Shown here piece by piece: positions 11,016 to 20,522 of a stretch of 64,000 bases of DNA (position 1 is the stretch's first letter; each line of letters opens with the position of its first letter). The notes below the pieces were generated by a model. The model ran no database searches and was not told where the DNA came from. It saw nothing but the letters and a program-made list of their open reading frames with translations. The translations under genes were made by a program, and so were the position numbers. Source of the stretch: Promethearchaeota archaeon (GTDB lineage: Archaea; Asgardarchaeota; Lokiarchaeia; Sigyniarchaeales; SOKP01); assembly GCA_030603385.1 (NCBI GenBank), contig JAUVXW010000003.1, positions 32,001-96,000 of the forward strand, in the 5' to 3' direction.

Positions 11016-11948
11016 TTAGTCTAGTCCATAAACTTGCCTTGGTGCAAGATATTTTGGAAATATATTTATTAAACTCAACCTAGCAAGATAACAGAGATGA
11101 CATTCATCCACATACTCCTTCTCATGCCTAATATCAAGTTCCTTAACTAATTGAGTAGGACCTCCTCGCATTAATGGGCCGCATATTGGGTGTGAATCGG
11201 CATTATAATTCTTGATTAATTCTGATAGTGGGGTTTCCCAAAAGTTGCCAATGCTTAAACCTTGACAAATGTGTGCATTTCCAAATGGATCAACATGAAT
11301 TCTTCCAAGTTCCTTAAAATCTTCATATGGACATTCATTCAAATCTTCCCATGGTCTCTTTGGCAAACCTTCGATCAAATTTTCAACAGCTCTCCCTTTG
11401 AACATAGCTCCACCGCTAATAATAGGTTTTCCTTTTTCTTGTTCTTTCTTAACTATTGGTTCCTCAATGCTTATGGTCATCGCAGGTAGTTTTAGATTCT
11501 CAGAAGCTTTCTTGGCAATTTTTGATAGATTCTGTTTTTCATCTTCATAGTGAAATGTGTCATCACTTATACTAAAATTATCTACACCTAATTCAGCGAA
11601 TGGTTTGAGCCAAATTTCAGCATCTTCAATACTAGTTGCCCAATATGAGTTGGTTACTATTCCAACCTTAAATCCCTTCTCTTTCGCGAGTTTTGCACCT
11701 TCGACCATTATTGGATAATAAAGAAATGGTTCACCACCTTCGAAATAGATCCATTCCACGGTTTCAATTTTCTTTACCTCACTAAGAACTTCTTTGATTT
11801 GTTTTAAAGTAAATGTTCCTTGAGAACTTGGGCTGCAGTATAAAAAACAGTGATCACATGAATAATTACATGTATAGGTTAATAAGAAATGGATTCCTTT
11901 CAGCATTTTTTTTTCACTCAATATTAAGGATATTTTCATATCAAACAA
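11016..11948 (-). CDS. Radical SAM protein with Cys-rich (SPASM/twitch-like) C-terminus
   Basis: CNYSCDHC, GGEP, C-terminal ECP..HIC..CHLC. Confidence 0.9.
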   Translation of the reverse strand: MFDMKISLILSEKKMLKGIHFLLTYTCNYSCDHCFLYCSPSSQGTFTLKQIKEVLSEVKKIETVEWIYFEGGEPFLYYPIMVEGAKLAKEKGFKVGIVTNSYWATSIEDAEIWLKPFAELGVDNFSISDDTFHYEDEKQNLSKIAKKASENLKLPAMTISIEEPIVKKEQEKGKPIISGGAMFKGRAVENLIEGLPKRPWEDLNECPYEDFKELGRIHVDPFGNAHICQGLSIGNFWETPLSELIKNYNADSHPICGPLMRGGPTQLVKELDIRHEKEYVDECHLCYLARLSLINIFPKYLAPRQVYGLD

Positions 11949-12021
11949 TTTTCAATCTTAAAAAAAATTAATTAATTAGATTTCATTAAACTCTAGAAAA
12001 TTTCAAATAAATTGAGATATA

Positions 12022-13368
12022 ATGGTTGAACCAGTAAGTATGTATGAAAAATATTTTAAAGACCCTAAGCGGGAGCCTGTACTTGTAGATTATGTTAGAA
12101 CACCTATGGGTAAAAGAAGAGGTACTATTGTATGGCATAGAGGAGATGATCTTGTTGTTCATTGCTATGAAACCATATTAAAACGCAATAAAATTGATCT
12201 AAGCTCAATAGGAGATTCTATCGTTGCTTGCAATAGTCAAATTGGCGATTGCGCTTTAGATATTGGAAGAACTGCAGCATTAGCAGCTCATTTACCTGTA
12301 AGCGTACCAGGGATGTCTATAAATCGTCAATGTGCTGGTGGAGCTCAAGCTGTGATGTCCGCATGGCAGGCAATTGCCTCAGGAATCCATGATTGCGTAA
12401 TATGTGGAGGTGTAGAAGTTCAAAATAAGTATCCCATAATGTCAGATACGTATATATTTGATAGAGAACAAAATAAAGCTGTAATGATACCACCAAATAA
12501 AAAGATCCAATCAAATCCTGAGGTAGTACGAAAAGCACAAGAATATAAAGCTCAAATGGCAGATCAGATTACTGCTGCTCATTACCTTGGAGTAGTTTGG
12601 AGGGATAAATCTGGTAAATCCTTGGAAGAATTTAGAAATGAATTAGATGGCTTATCTCTACATTCTCATAAGAAAGCATGCTCCACATGGGATAAAAGAG
12701 GAAAAGAAATCGAACCTATATGGTGTCCTAAAATTGATGAGAATGGAAATCCTATGTTAAATGAAAAGAAAGAGATCGCGAAAGATCCAAGTTTGTCAGT
12801 ACTAACTGAAAAAGATGAAACTCCCCGCCCTACCACCTCAATGGAAAAATTAACAAGCTTAAGAACAATAGCTGGAAGAAAAAGTAAGGCTTTTCTAACT
12901 GCAGGTAATAGTTGTCCTACAACTGATGGTGCTGCTGCACAATTATGGATGACAAGAGAGCTAGCCGAAGAATATGGCCTTAAAATAAGAGCAGGTATAG
13001 TTAACTTCGCGGTTGTTGGAACTGATCCAGTTCTCATGCTAACTGGACCGATAAAAGCAATCCCAGAAGCTTTAAAACGAGCAAATATGACTTTAGATGA
13101 CATGGCTTTTATTGAAGTAAATGAAGCCTTTAGCCCTGTTGTATATGCTAGTTGCTATGATTTAGGATTAGATTGGAAAGATGAACGATTTAACCCATGG
13201 GGTGGGGCAATTGCTTTGGGGCATCCAACAGGGATGACCGGAACCCGTTTAATAGGTTCAAATCTTCACCAATTGGAAGAATCTGGCAAAGAATATGCAA
13301 TATCTTCAATGTGTGTAGGGTTAGGTATGGGTGCTGCCACAATTATACGAAATGAGCATCCTAAATAA
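12022..13368 (+). CDS. Acetyl-CoA C-acyltransferase (thiolase)
   Basis: NRQCAGG, NEAF, GHPTG, MCVGLG. Confidence 0.95.
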   Translation: MVEPVSMYEKYFKDPKREPVLVDYVRTPMGKRRGTIVWHRGDDLVVHCYETILKRNKIDLSSIGDSIVACNSQIGDCALDIGRTAALAAHLPVSVPGMSINRQCAGGAQAVMSAWQAIASGIHDCVICGGVEVQNKYPIMSDTYIFDREQNKAVMIPPNKKIQSNPEVVRKAQEYKAQMADQITAAHYLGVVWRDKSGKSLEEFRNELDGLSLHSHKKACSTWDKRGKEIEPIWCPKIDENGNPMLNEKKEIAKDPSLSVLTEKDETPRPTTSMEKLTSLRTIAGRKSKAFLTAGNSCPTTDGAAAQLWMTRELAEEYGLKIRAGIVNFAVVGTDPVLMLTGPIKAIPEALKRANMTLDDMAFIEVNEAFSPVVYASCYDLGLDWKDERFNPWGGAIALGHPTGMTGTRLIGSNLHQLEESGKEYAISSMCVGLGMGAATIIRNEHPK

Positions 13369-13487
13369 GAATGTCAATAACTTTTTATTTTTTTCTCTTG
13401 CGCTATCAAATTGAATAAGTTTAAAGTTTACGATTGAATTTTAATCTTATAAAAACTTAAAAAAATTAATTTAAAGGTATAAATCTT

Positions 13488-14678
13488 ATGATAGAATTTA
13501 CAGAAGAGCAAAAATTAATTAAGCAGAGTGTTTCAGAATTTGCCCAAAGAAAAATTGCTCCAATTGCACTTGAGATGGAAAAAAACAAGGAGATTCCGCA
13601 AGACGTTATAAAAGGTATGGCAGAATTAGGTTTACTTGCATGTACAGCAGATCCTGCCTATGGAGGTTCTGGATTAGATGCCGTTACAGCAGGAGTTATC
13701 GCAGAAGAATTAGCTAAAGGAGACTGTACAGGTTCGACATGCGTGTTTTATCTAGTTCAAGCTGCATGGGGTTTTCTACTAAACAAATATGGGACTGAAG
13801 AAGCAAAAAACGAAATTTTTCCTAAAGTTACTGCAGGGGATTGGTTTCTAGGAATTGCTACTACCGAAAGTGGTGGTGGAACTGATGTTGTCGGTGGAAA
13901 AACGAATATTAAGAAGGATGGAGATTTCTTCATAGTTAATGGTGAAAAAATGTATATCAGTGGCGTACGAGAAGCAGTAACTAATGGAGGTGGTCATATT
14001 ACTATTGCTCATCAAACTCCTGAGTTAGGTTCGAGAGGAATGACCGTGTTTTACTTACCTTTAACAGCTGAGGGAATTACACCCACTTATATCGAAGATT
14101 TAGGTCGTGAAGGTATTTCATGCGGGGGATTTTCGATCGATAATGTAAAAATTCCTAAACACTATATAGTTGGTGAAGAAAATAGAGGATTTTACATCAT
14201 TCATGAAGGCTATGAGTATGCTAGAGCACTAATTGCTGTAATATGTGCTGCTGCTGGCCTGAAATCACTAGAAAATGGTATGAATTATGCGAAAGAGAGA
14301 AAGGTATTTGGACAACCATTAGCTAAATTTCAGGAGATTAATTTTAGATTAGCAGAACACTATACAAAATTAGAAATGTTAAAGCGTCTTGGTTATGAAG
14401 CGTTAAAGGCTATTGACTTAGAGCAAGAAGGAAAAGGAAATAGGTTTGAAACGAGTAAAATTGTAGCAATGGCAAAGATGTTCGCTTCGGACTGGGCTTG
14501 CGAAGCTATTAATGATGCACTTCAGTGGCAAGGGGCATTTGGTTATTCTCGAGAATGCCCAGACCAAGCAGCCTGGAGAGCAGTAAGGTCATTTTCATTA
14601 GCCGAAGGGACACGTGAAGTAATGAAAATGATAGTAGCTAGAGAGCTTCTTGGAAAAGAACTTGTTAGCTACAAATAA
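13488..14678 (+). CDS. Acyl-CoA dehydrogenase
   Basis: TESGGGTD, NGEKMYIS, RKVFG, EGTREV. Confidence 0.95.
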   Translation: MIEFTEEQKLIKQSVSEFAQRKIAPIALEMEKNKEIPQDVIKGMAELGLLACTADPAYGGSGLDAVTAGVIAEELAKGDCTGSTCVFYLVQAAWGFLLNKYGTEEAKNEIFPKVTAGDWFLGIATTESGGGTDVVGGKTNIKKDGDFFIVNGEKMYISGVREAVTNGGGHITIAHQTPELGSRGMTVFYLPLTAEGITPTYIEDLGREGISCGGFSIDNVKIPKHYIVGEENRGFYIIHEGYEYARALIAVICAAAGLKSLENGMNYAKERKVFGQPLAKFQEINFRLAEHYTKLEMLKRLGYEALKAIDLEQEGKGNRFETSKIVAMAKMFASDWACEAINDALQWQGAFGYSRECPDQAAWRAVRSFSLAEGTREVMKMIVARELLGKELVSYK

Positions 14679-14696
14679 CTTGTTAGCAACAAATAA
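14661..14696 (+). repeat. 18-bp tandem duplication spanning the stop codon
   Basis: cttgttagctacaaataa followed by cttgttagcaacaaataa (17/18 identical). Confidence 0.8.
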
Positions 14697-14793
14697 ATTC
14701 ATTAACTTTTTTTTATATTTTTAATAGAATTTATATTAATTCATTGAAGAATTAAACAAAGTTACTGATCACAATCAAGAATTTTTTATTATT

Positions 14794-15579
14794 ATGAAAT
14801 TTATCGTATGTGTTAAGCAAGTTCCTGAATCAAACGTCCTTAAAATCGATCTAAAGACAAATAGAGTGTTGAAAGAAGGAGTTTCAACAATAATTTCGCC
14901 ATTTGATCAGTTTGCTTTAGAAGAGGCAATTAAAATAAGAAAAGACGGAGATGAAATTATTGCTATTTCAATTGGTAATCTTGAATCAAAAAGTACTTTA
15001 ATGAGGTGTTTAGCCTTAGGCGCTGATAAAGGGATATTGCTTAACGATGAGATTTTTCAAGATTCTGATACATTTGCTACATCAAATATACTTGGAGCAG
15101 CTATTAAAAAAATAGGAGATTACATCATAATTTTTTGCGGAAACTCTTCTTTTGATACTGGTACAAGCCAAGTTGGTCCTGAGTTAGCAGCAGTATTAAA
15201 TATTCCTCAGGTGACATATGCTGAAAGTACTGAAGCAGTCACAAATGGGAAAATCAAAATAAAAGTGCAAACAGACGAAGGGTATAGAATAATAGAATCA
15301 ACAGTTCCACTAGTCGTGGCATGTATCCCACCCTCTTCTTTTCAACCTCGCATACCTCCTTTGCCAAAAATTATGGCTGCCCAAAAGAAGCCGTTTGAAA
15401 TTTGGAATGCTGAAGATATTGGAGGCGATAGAAATAAATTTGGTTCTAATGGTTCCTTAATAAAAATTATAAAACTCTATGAGCCACCAAAAAGAGATCA
15501 AGGTATAGTAATTACCGACGAAGCAGATACTGCTGTAGAGAAATTAATGGAATTATTGAGTAAAGATAAGGTGATCTAA
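14794..15579 (+). CDS. etfB: Electron transfer flavoprotein beta subunit
   Basis: VCVKQVP, ALEEA, LALGAD, TSQVGP. Confidence 0.95.
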   Translation: MKFIVCVKQVPESNVLKIDLKTNRVLKEGVSTIISPFDQFALEEAIKIRKDGDEIIAISIGNLESKSTLMRCLALGADKGILLNDEIFQDSDTFATSNILGAAIKKIGDYIIIFCGNSSFDTGTSQVGPELAAVLNIPQVTYAESTEAVTNGKIKIKVQTDEGYRIIESTVPLVVACIPPSSFQPRIPPLPKIMAAQKKPFEIWNAEDIGGDRNKFGSNGSLIKIIKLYEPPKRDQGIVITDEADTAVEKLMELLSKDKVI

Positions 15580-15581
15580 TA

Positions 15582-16583
15582 GTGGTTGACTATAGAGACG
15601 TTTGGGTATTTGTAGAGTTTAAGAAGGATAATATTAGAGGAATTTCTTTTGAGTTACTAGGAAAGGCGAAAGAACTAGCAAAAAAATTGAATGAGAAAGT
15701 TTGTGTTATTCTAATTGGAAATAATATTTCAAAGTTTAAAGAAACTTTTTCTTCTCATGGGATAGATAAAATTTATTTATGTGAAAATCCAGTTTTGGGA
15801 GAATACCTCACAGAAACATATTCTTCCATCCTTGTGGATTTAACTCAAAAATATATGCCTAATATAATTTTATTTCCTGCAACCAAGATTGGGAAAGATT
15901 TAGCACCAAGAGTAGCATGTACATTAGAAACTGGTCTAACAGCGGATTGCATTGATTTAGACATTCAAGATGGTAATCTAGTACAAACACGAACAGTATA
16001 CGGTGGAAACTATTTAGCAGATATAATATGTTCCAAAACAAAACCCCAAATGGCAACAATAAGACCAAATGTAATGGAGAGATCGGAAATAACGACTAAA
16101 AACCAACCTGAAATTATTGAGTTTCTTATAGATATAGATCCTAATCAACTTCAAACAAAAGTCACAGAGAAAATTGAAACAACTGTATCCTATGTCAAAC
16201 CGATTGATGAGGCAGATATCATTGTATCCGGTGGTCGAGGAATAGGAAGTGAAGAGAACTTTAAAATCATTAATACATTAGCTGAGGTATTAAATGCAGC
16301 AGTGGGTGCTAGTAGAGCGGCTGTTGAAGCGGGATGGGTTTCAAAATCATGTCAAGTAGGACAAAGCGGGACGGTTGTTTGCCCTAATATTTATATTGCG
16401 TGTGGTATATCAGGGACAACCCAACATCTAGTTGGAATGAAAAGCAGTAAAAAGATTATTGCTATTAATAAAGATCCCAATGCACCTATATTTGAAGTAT
16501 GTGATTATGGTATAGTTGGCGATTATAAGATCATTGTTCCAATGTTAACAGAAGCATTAAAGAAAAAACTATCTCAGGATTAA
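15582..16583 (+). CDS. etfA: Electron transfer flavoprotein alpha subunit
   Basis: SGGRG, GASRAAV, QVGQSG, GISG..QH, INKD. Confidence 0.95.
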   Translation: MVDYRDVWVFVEFKKDNIRGISFELLGKAKELAKKLNEKVCVILIGNNISKFKETFSSHGIDKIYLCENPVLGEYLTETYSSILVDLTQKYMPNIILFPATKIGKDLAPRVACTLETGLTADCIDLDIQDGNLVQTRTVYGGNYLADIICSKTKPQMATIRPNVMERSEITTKNQPEIIEFLIDIDPNQLQTKVTEKIETTVSYVKPIDEADIIVSGGRGIGSEENFKIINTLAEVLNAAVGASRAAVEAGWVSKSCQVGQSGTVVCPNIYIACGISGTTQHLVGMKSSKKIIAINKDPNAPIFEVCDYGIVGDYKIIVPMLTEALKKKLSQD

Positions 16584-16599
16584 ATTAATCTGAACTAGT

Positions 16600-18318
16600 T
16601 TAGGTATTGGATAAAGAAACATTCCTATAGTTTTTATTAGAACTATATGCCCACATTGCTGTTTGTAAGTTTCTACAGTGAATCCATGTATTAAAGAATT
16701 TTCTATACAATGTTAATTTGGAATACAGTTTTTTTGAACATTTTCTATGAGTTTTTAGGAAATCTTCATTTTCCATATTTTTAATATTATAAGTTAAATG
16801 TCCCATATCATAGAACTTCCAATCTTGAGGAAAATCAATATTTATAAGTCTTTCATTTTGCTGTAATTCTTTGAATAATCGTGTACCTGGTAAAGGAGTT
16901 AATATGGTAGTTTGAATAACATCAATACGATTTTTTAATATGTATTTGACTTTCCTATACATACTTTCTTTTGTTTCCGAATCAGAACCAAAAATGAATG
17001 CTCCTAAAACTGCGATTTTGTATTTATTAATTTTGTTGAAAGCTCTTTCATAATCAAGTTGGAGGTTCAATCTTTTATCCATTACTTTAAGTTCTTCTGG
17101 ATCAGCGGATTCTAATCCTAAGAATACCATTTTACATCCTGCTTTCGCTGCCCATTTTATGACTTCTTCATTGCTTCCAAAATTTAATGAAGCTTGGCAG
17201 AACCATGTTTTATTCAATTTTCTCTCCACCATTCCTTTAAAAAGGTTAATTGTTCTCTCTTCAGCGCTTTTACCATATCCAAGAATATTATCATCCACAA
17301 AGAAAATCATTCTTTGAGGCATTTGTTCCAATTCATCTAATACTTCCTCGTAGGGGCGTTGCCTATATTTTCTTCCATTAAATGCACTTACCGAACAGAA
17401 GTAACAATCCATAGGACAACCTCTTGAAGTTTGTAAAGTCCCAAATAAATATTTATTACTATATATCTTCCTATTAGGGATAACAGTATTCTCTAAGTCT
17501 AAATGAACACCTTCATATTTCTTTTTTAATTTATTGTTAAGAAAATCCTTTATAACTGTAGGCCAAATACTCTCTGCTTCTCCTATTACAACAGAGTCAA
17601 CGTACTCCAAAGTTTCTTCGGGAACCATTGAAGCATGTATTCCCCCCATAATAACGGGTATATTTTTATTTTTATAATGAGCAGCAATTTTATAGGCACG
17701 GTTTGCAACTGAAGTAAATGCTGTTATACCAACAAGATCGGCGTCTTCATACTTAAAATTTTCAAAATTTTCATCAATTAATTTAATTTTAAAGATGTTG
17801 GGAGTTAAGGCGGCTATTATTCCTAAACCTAAAGGTGGAAATGTTGAGGATGGATTTATTGTTAATCCTGCTACATCTTTATTTACAGGATTTATTAATA
17901 AGAGTTTCTTTTTTTCTGGTTTTTCATCAATTTCAATAGGTCTTATCGTAATTTCAAATTGTTTTTTTAGATCTCGAATTAAAATGTAAATTCCTGAAAA
18001 GTAAAACACTAAACTAATGAAATAAACAATAAAGAATAGTAATAAAGCAATTACATTTGTAAAAAGAAAAATGCTATTGATTATTATTGTAGGTAATGAG
18101 AAGAATAAAATCGGGATCATGAATGGTGATTTATTTTTTATTTTAACAACCACACTTTTATTCTGTGCTGTCTCTTTAAGCCCAGAAAGATATGGCATAG
18201 GGTAAAATATTATAAAAGAAGGGATTATTATCCAGATATATTCTTGTATTAAAAAAATCGTAATTAAAATCATGGAAATTAAAAATGCAAATAAAGGGTA
18301 AATATACTTTAATCTCAA
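16600..18318 (-). CDS. Cobalamin-binding radical SAM enzyme with N-terminal membrane domain
   Basis: ~4 hydrophobic helices in aa 1-115; PPLGL, GGIHAS, SRGCPMDCYFC. Confidence 0.9.
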   Translation of the reverse strand: MRLKYIYPLFAFLISMILITIFLIQEYIWIIIPSFIIFYPMPYLSGLKETAQNKSVVVKIKNKSPFMIPILFFSLPTIIINSIFLFTNVIALLLFFIVYFISLVFYFSGIYILIRDLKKQFEITIRPIEIDEKPEKKKLLLINPVNKDVAGLTINPSSTFPPLGLGIIAALTPNIFKIKLIDENFENFKYEDADLVGITAFTSVANRAYKIAAHYKNKNIPVIMGGIHASMVPEETLEYVDSVVIGEAESIWPTVIKDFLNNKLKKKYEGVHLDLENTVIPNRKIYSNKYLFGTLQTSRGCPMDCYFCSVSAFNGRKYRQRPYEEVLDELEQMPQRMIFFVDDNILGYGKSAEERTINLFKGMVERKLNKTWFCQASLNFGSNEEVIKWAAKAGCKMVFLGLESADPEELKVMDKRLNLQLDYERAFNKINKYKIAVLGAFIFGSDSETKESMYRKVKYILKNRIDVIQTTILTPLPGTRLFKELQQNERLINIDFPQDWKFYDMGHLTYNIKNMENEDFLKTHRKCSKKLYSKLTLYRKFFNTWIHCRNLQTAMWAYSSNKNYRNVSLSNT

Positions 18319-18456
18319 TAGTTTAAACCTCTTTTGGGCGCATTTGGATTAGATTTCTTTCTTAGAATATTAAATTTTATGAAATGATCTTAAGTTATTT
18401 GAATTTTAGAAAATTAAAAAAGTCTAAGAAGATTTTTTAAATACCTATAATTCATT

Positions 18457-19686
18457 TTGACTATGAATAAAGTTGCAATAATTGGAGTAGGACATACCAA
18501 ATTTGGAAGATTGCAAGATAAAGGATTGATGGATCTTTTATGTGAAGCATCTCTAGAAGCTATTGAAAATTCTAATACTAGTAACAAAGATTTTGATTCA
18601 GTATATGTTGGAGCAATGAGTCCAGAAATCTTTAATCAAACCTCAGGTATTGCAAGTGCTCTTGTTGATAGAATTAGTTTAATTCCTGCCGCTGCAGATC
18701 ATATCAAAAATGGACCTGCGAGTGGAGGGTCAGCAGTTAAAGCTGGTTTTCAAGCAATTGCTTCCGGAATTAGTGATTTAGTATTAGTGGTCGGAGGTGA
18801 AAAAATGACTCATATTACAACTCCTGGTTATGTTACTTCAAATGTAGCTACTTTAACCCATCCCGAAGCAGAACGGCCTCATGGAGTTTCCCTTCCATCC
18901 TTTGCCGGATTATTAACACGAGCTTATCTAGAAAAATACGATGCTAAACTTGATTGGATTTCAGATATAGCACTTAAAAATCATAAAAATGGAACAATGA
19001 ATCCGAATGCGCATTTTCAGCGGACTATTGAGAGCTTTATGGAAAGTGCTATTAAGAAAGGTAAAGGAAATTGGGATAATGTTTATGATTTCCTTAAAGA
19101 TGATAAATCCAATCCTATTATTGCTGACCCATTAAGACTTTTTCATATTTGTCCCATCTCAGATGGGGCAGCAGCTTTGGTTTTATGTAATGCTGAAAAG
19201 GCTAAAGATTTTTGTGATACCCCCATTAATATTTCTGGGATTGGTCAAGCAACTGATACCCACATCGTATTTGAACGCGAAGATCTTACTACATTAAAGG
19301 CTTTAAGATTATGTTCAGCTCAGGCATATAAAATGGCAAATAAAACCCCCGAAGATATAAATGTAGCAGAACTACATGATGCTTTCGAAATTCTTGAAGC
19401 TGTTCAATCAGAAGATATTGGGTTTTTCAAAAAGGGAGAAGGGGCAAAAGCAGCTCATGACGGATTAACAGAAATTGGAGGTAAAATCCCTATAAATCCA
19501 TCAGGAGGGTTAAAAGCCAGAGGACATCCTTTAGGTGCAACAGGTATTGCTCAGGTTGTGGAGTTAGTATGGCAATTAAGAGGGGAAGCTGGGAAACGAC
19601 AAGTTGATGGAGCAGAAACGGGTATTACATGTAATTTTGGAGGGTTTGGTAATAATATAATTTCAATTTTAGTAGAGAGAATGTAA
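18457..19686 (+). CDS. SCP2-type thiolase-like protein lacking the N-terminal catalytic Cys
   Basis: NGPASG in place of NACASG; ELHDAF; GHPLGATG. Confidence 0.85.
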   Translation: MTMNKVAIIGVGHTKFGRLQDKGLMDLLCEASLEAIENSNTSNKDFDSVYVGAMSPEIFNQTSGIASALVDRISLIPAAADHIKNGPASGGSAVKAGFQAIASGISDLVLVVGGEKMTHITTPGYVTSNVATLTHPEAERPHGVSLPSFAGLLTRAYLEKYDAKLDWISDIALKNHKNGTMNPNAHFQRTIESFMESAIKKGKGNWDNVYDFLKDDKSNPIIADPLRLFHICPISDGAAALVLCNAEKAKDFCDTPINISGIGQATDTHIVFEREDLTTLKALRLCSAQAYKMANKTPEDINVAELHDAFEILEAVQSEDIGFFKKGEGAKAAHDGLTEIGGKIPINPSGGLKARGHPLGATGIAQVVELVWQLRGEAGKRQVDGAETGITCNFGGFGNNIISILVERM

Positions 19687-19775
19687 TAGTTATAATTAAA
19701 ATTTAAAATATTATAAATCCTAAGTGTTTAATTTAAAATTTATCTTAATTTTAATCTTAAAAAAGCAATTGTATA

Positions 19776-20438
19776 TTAGTTAATCACTTTAAATTGAAGT
19801 TCTGTGCCATTTTTATCAAAACATTTAATATGGTTTATACTATATGGAAAACCTACAATAAAATGAAATCTGTTTCCTTTAAATACACTATTTAAATCTT
19901 GTAAAGAAGGGAATACATTTCCAGATGGATGTGAATGAATGGTTCCTTGATAATATCGATTTATTGGAATTCTACTCGGAAAAAATACTCCTGAATTTCT
20001 TGAAGTAATTGCGCCTGGAGGTAATATAAATTCTGAAAATACATTTTTATCCATTTCAAGGATTCCTAAAAATTCTTTTGGATGATGCGCCCGACATAAC
20101 GCTAAAAACCCCTCTAATAAATCCCTTTTTATTTTGACCGTATTTGATTGTAGATCCTCTAAAATATAAATAATTTCATTAATAACATTTAAAATAGACT
20201 TAGTCTTAATTATTTTCCAATTTTTTAAAGAAGTGATATCATTATTTAATTTTTTATAAACTGTCCCAGATTTAATAAGCTTAACTTTTGGTTTTTTAGG
20301 ATATTTAGAATAGTCAATTTCTAACATAATCCCCTTTATTAATCCAATTTTAATATGTGAAATTTTATTTTCAATAGTTTCAGCGTTAGGAAAATGTTCT
20401 ATAATTTTTTGATATTGTATCTCAATTTCTTTAATCAT
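19776..20438 (-). CDS. JAMM/MPN+ isopeptidase with N-terminal UBC/UEV/RWD-like domain
   Basis: PKEFLG..HSHPSG..PSLQD JAMM motif; N-terminal YPKKPKV..LKNW..SILNVINEI. Confidence 0.8.
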   Translation of the reverse strand: MIKEIEIQYQKIIEHFPNAETIENKISHIKIGLIKGIMLEIDYSKYPKKPKVKLIKSGTVYKKLNNDITSLKNWKIIKTKSILNVINEIIYILEDLQSNTVKIKRDLLEGFLALCRAHHPKEFLGILEMDKNVFSEFILPPGAITSRNSGVFFPSRIPINRYYQGTIHSHPSGNVFPSLQDLNSVFKGNRFHFIVGFPYSINHIKCFDKNGTELQFKVIN

Positions 20439-20522
20439 TATGTAAATATAATTACGATTTTAAAAGAATGTTTTCTATTTTGGAAATAATATTACTTATG
20501 GAAAGAAGTGAATGTGTTAGTT

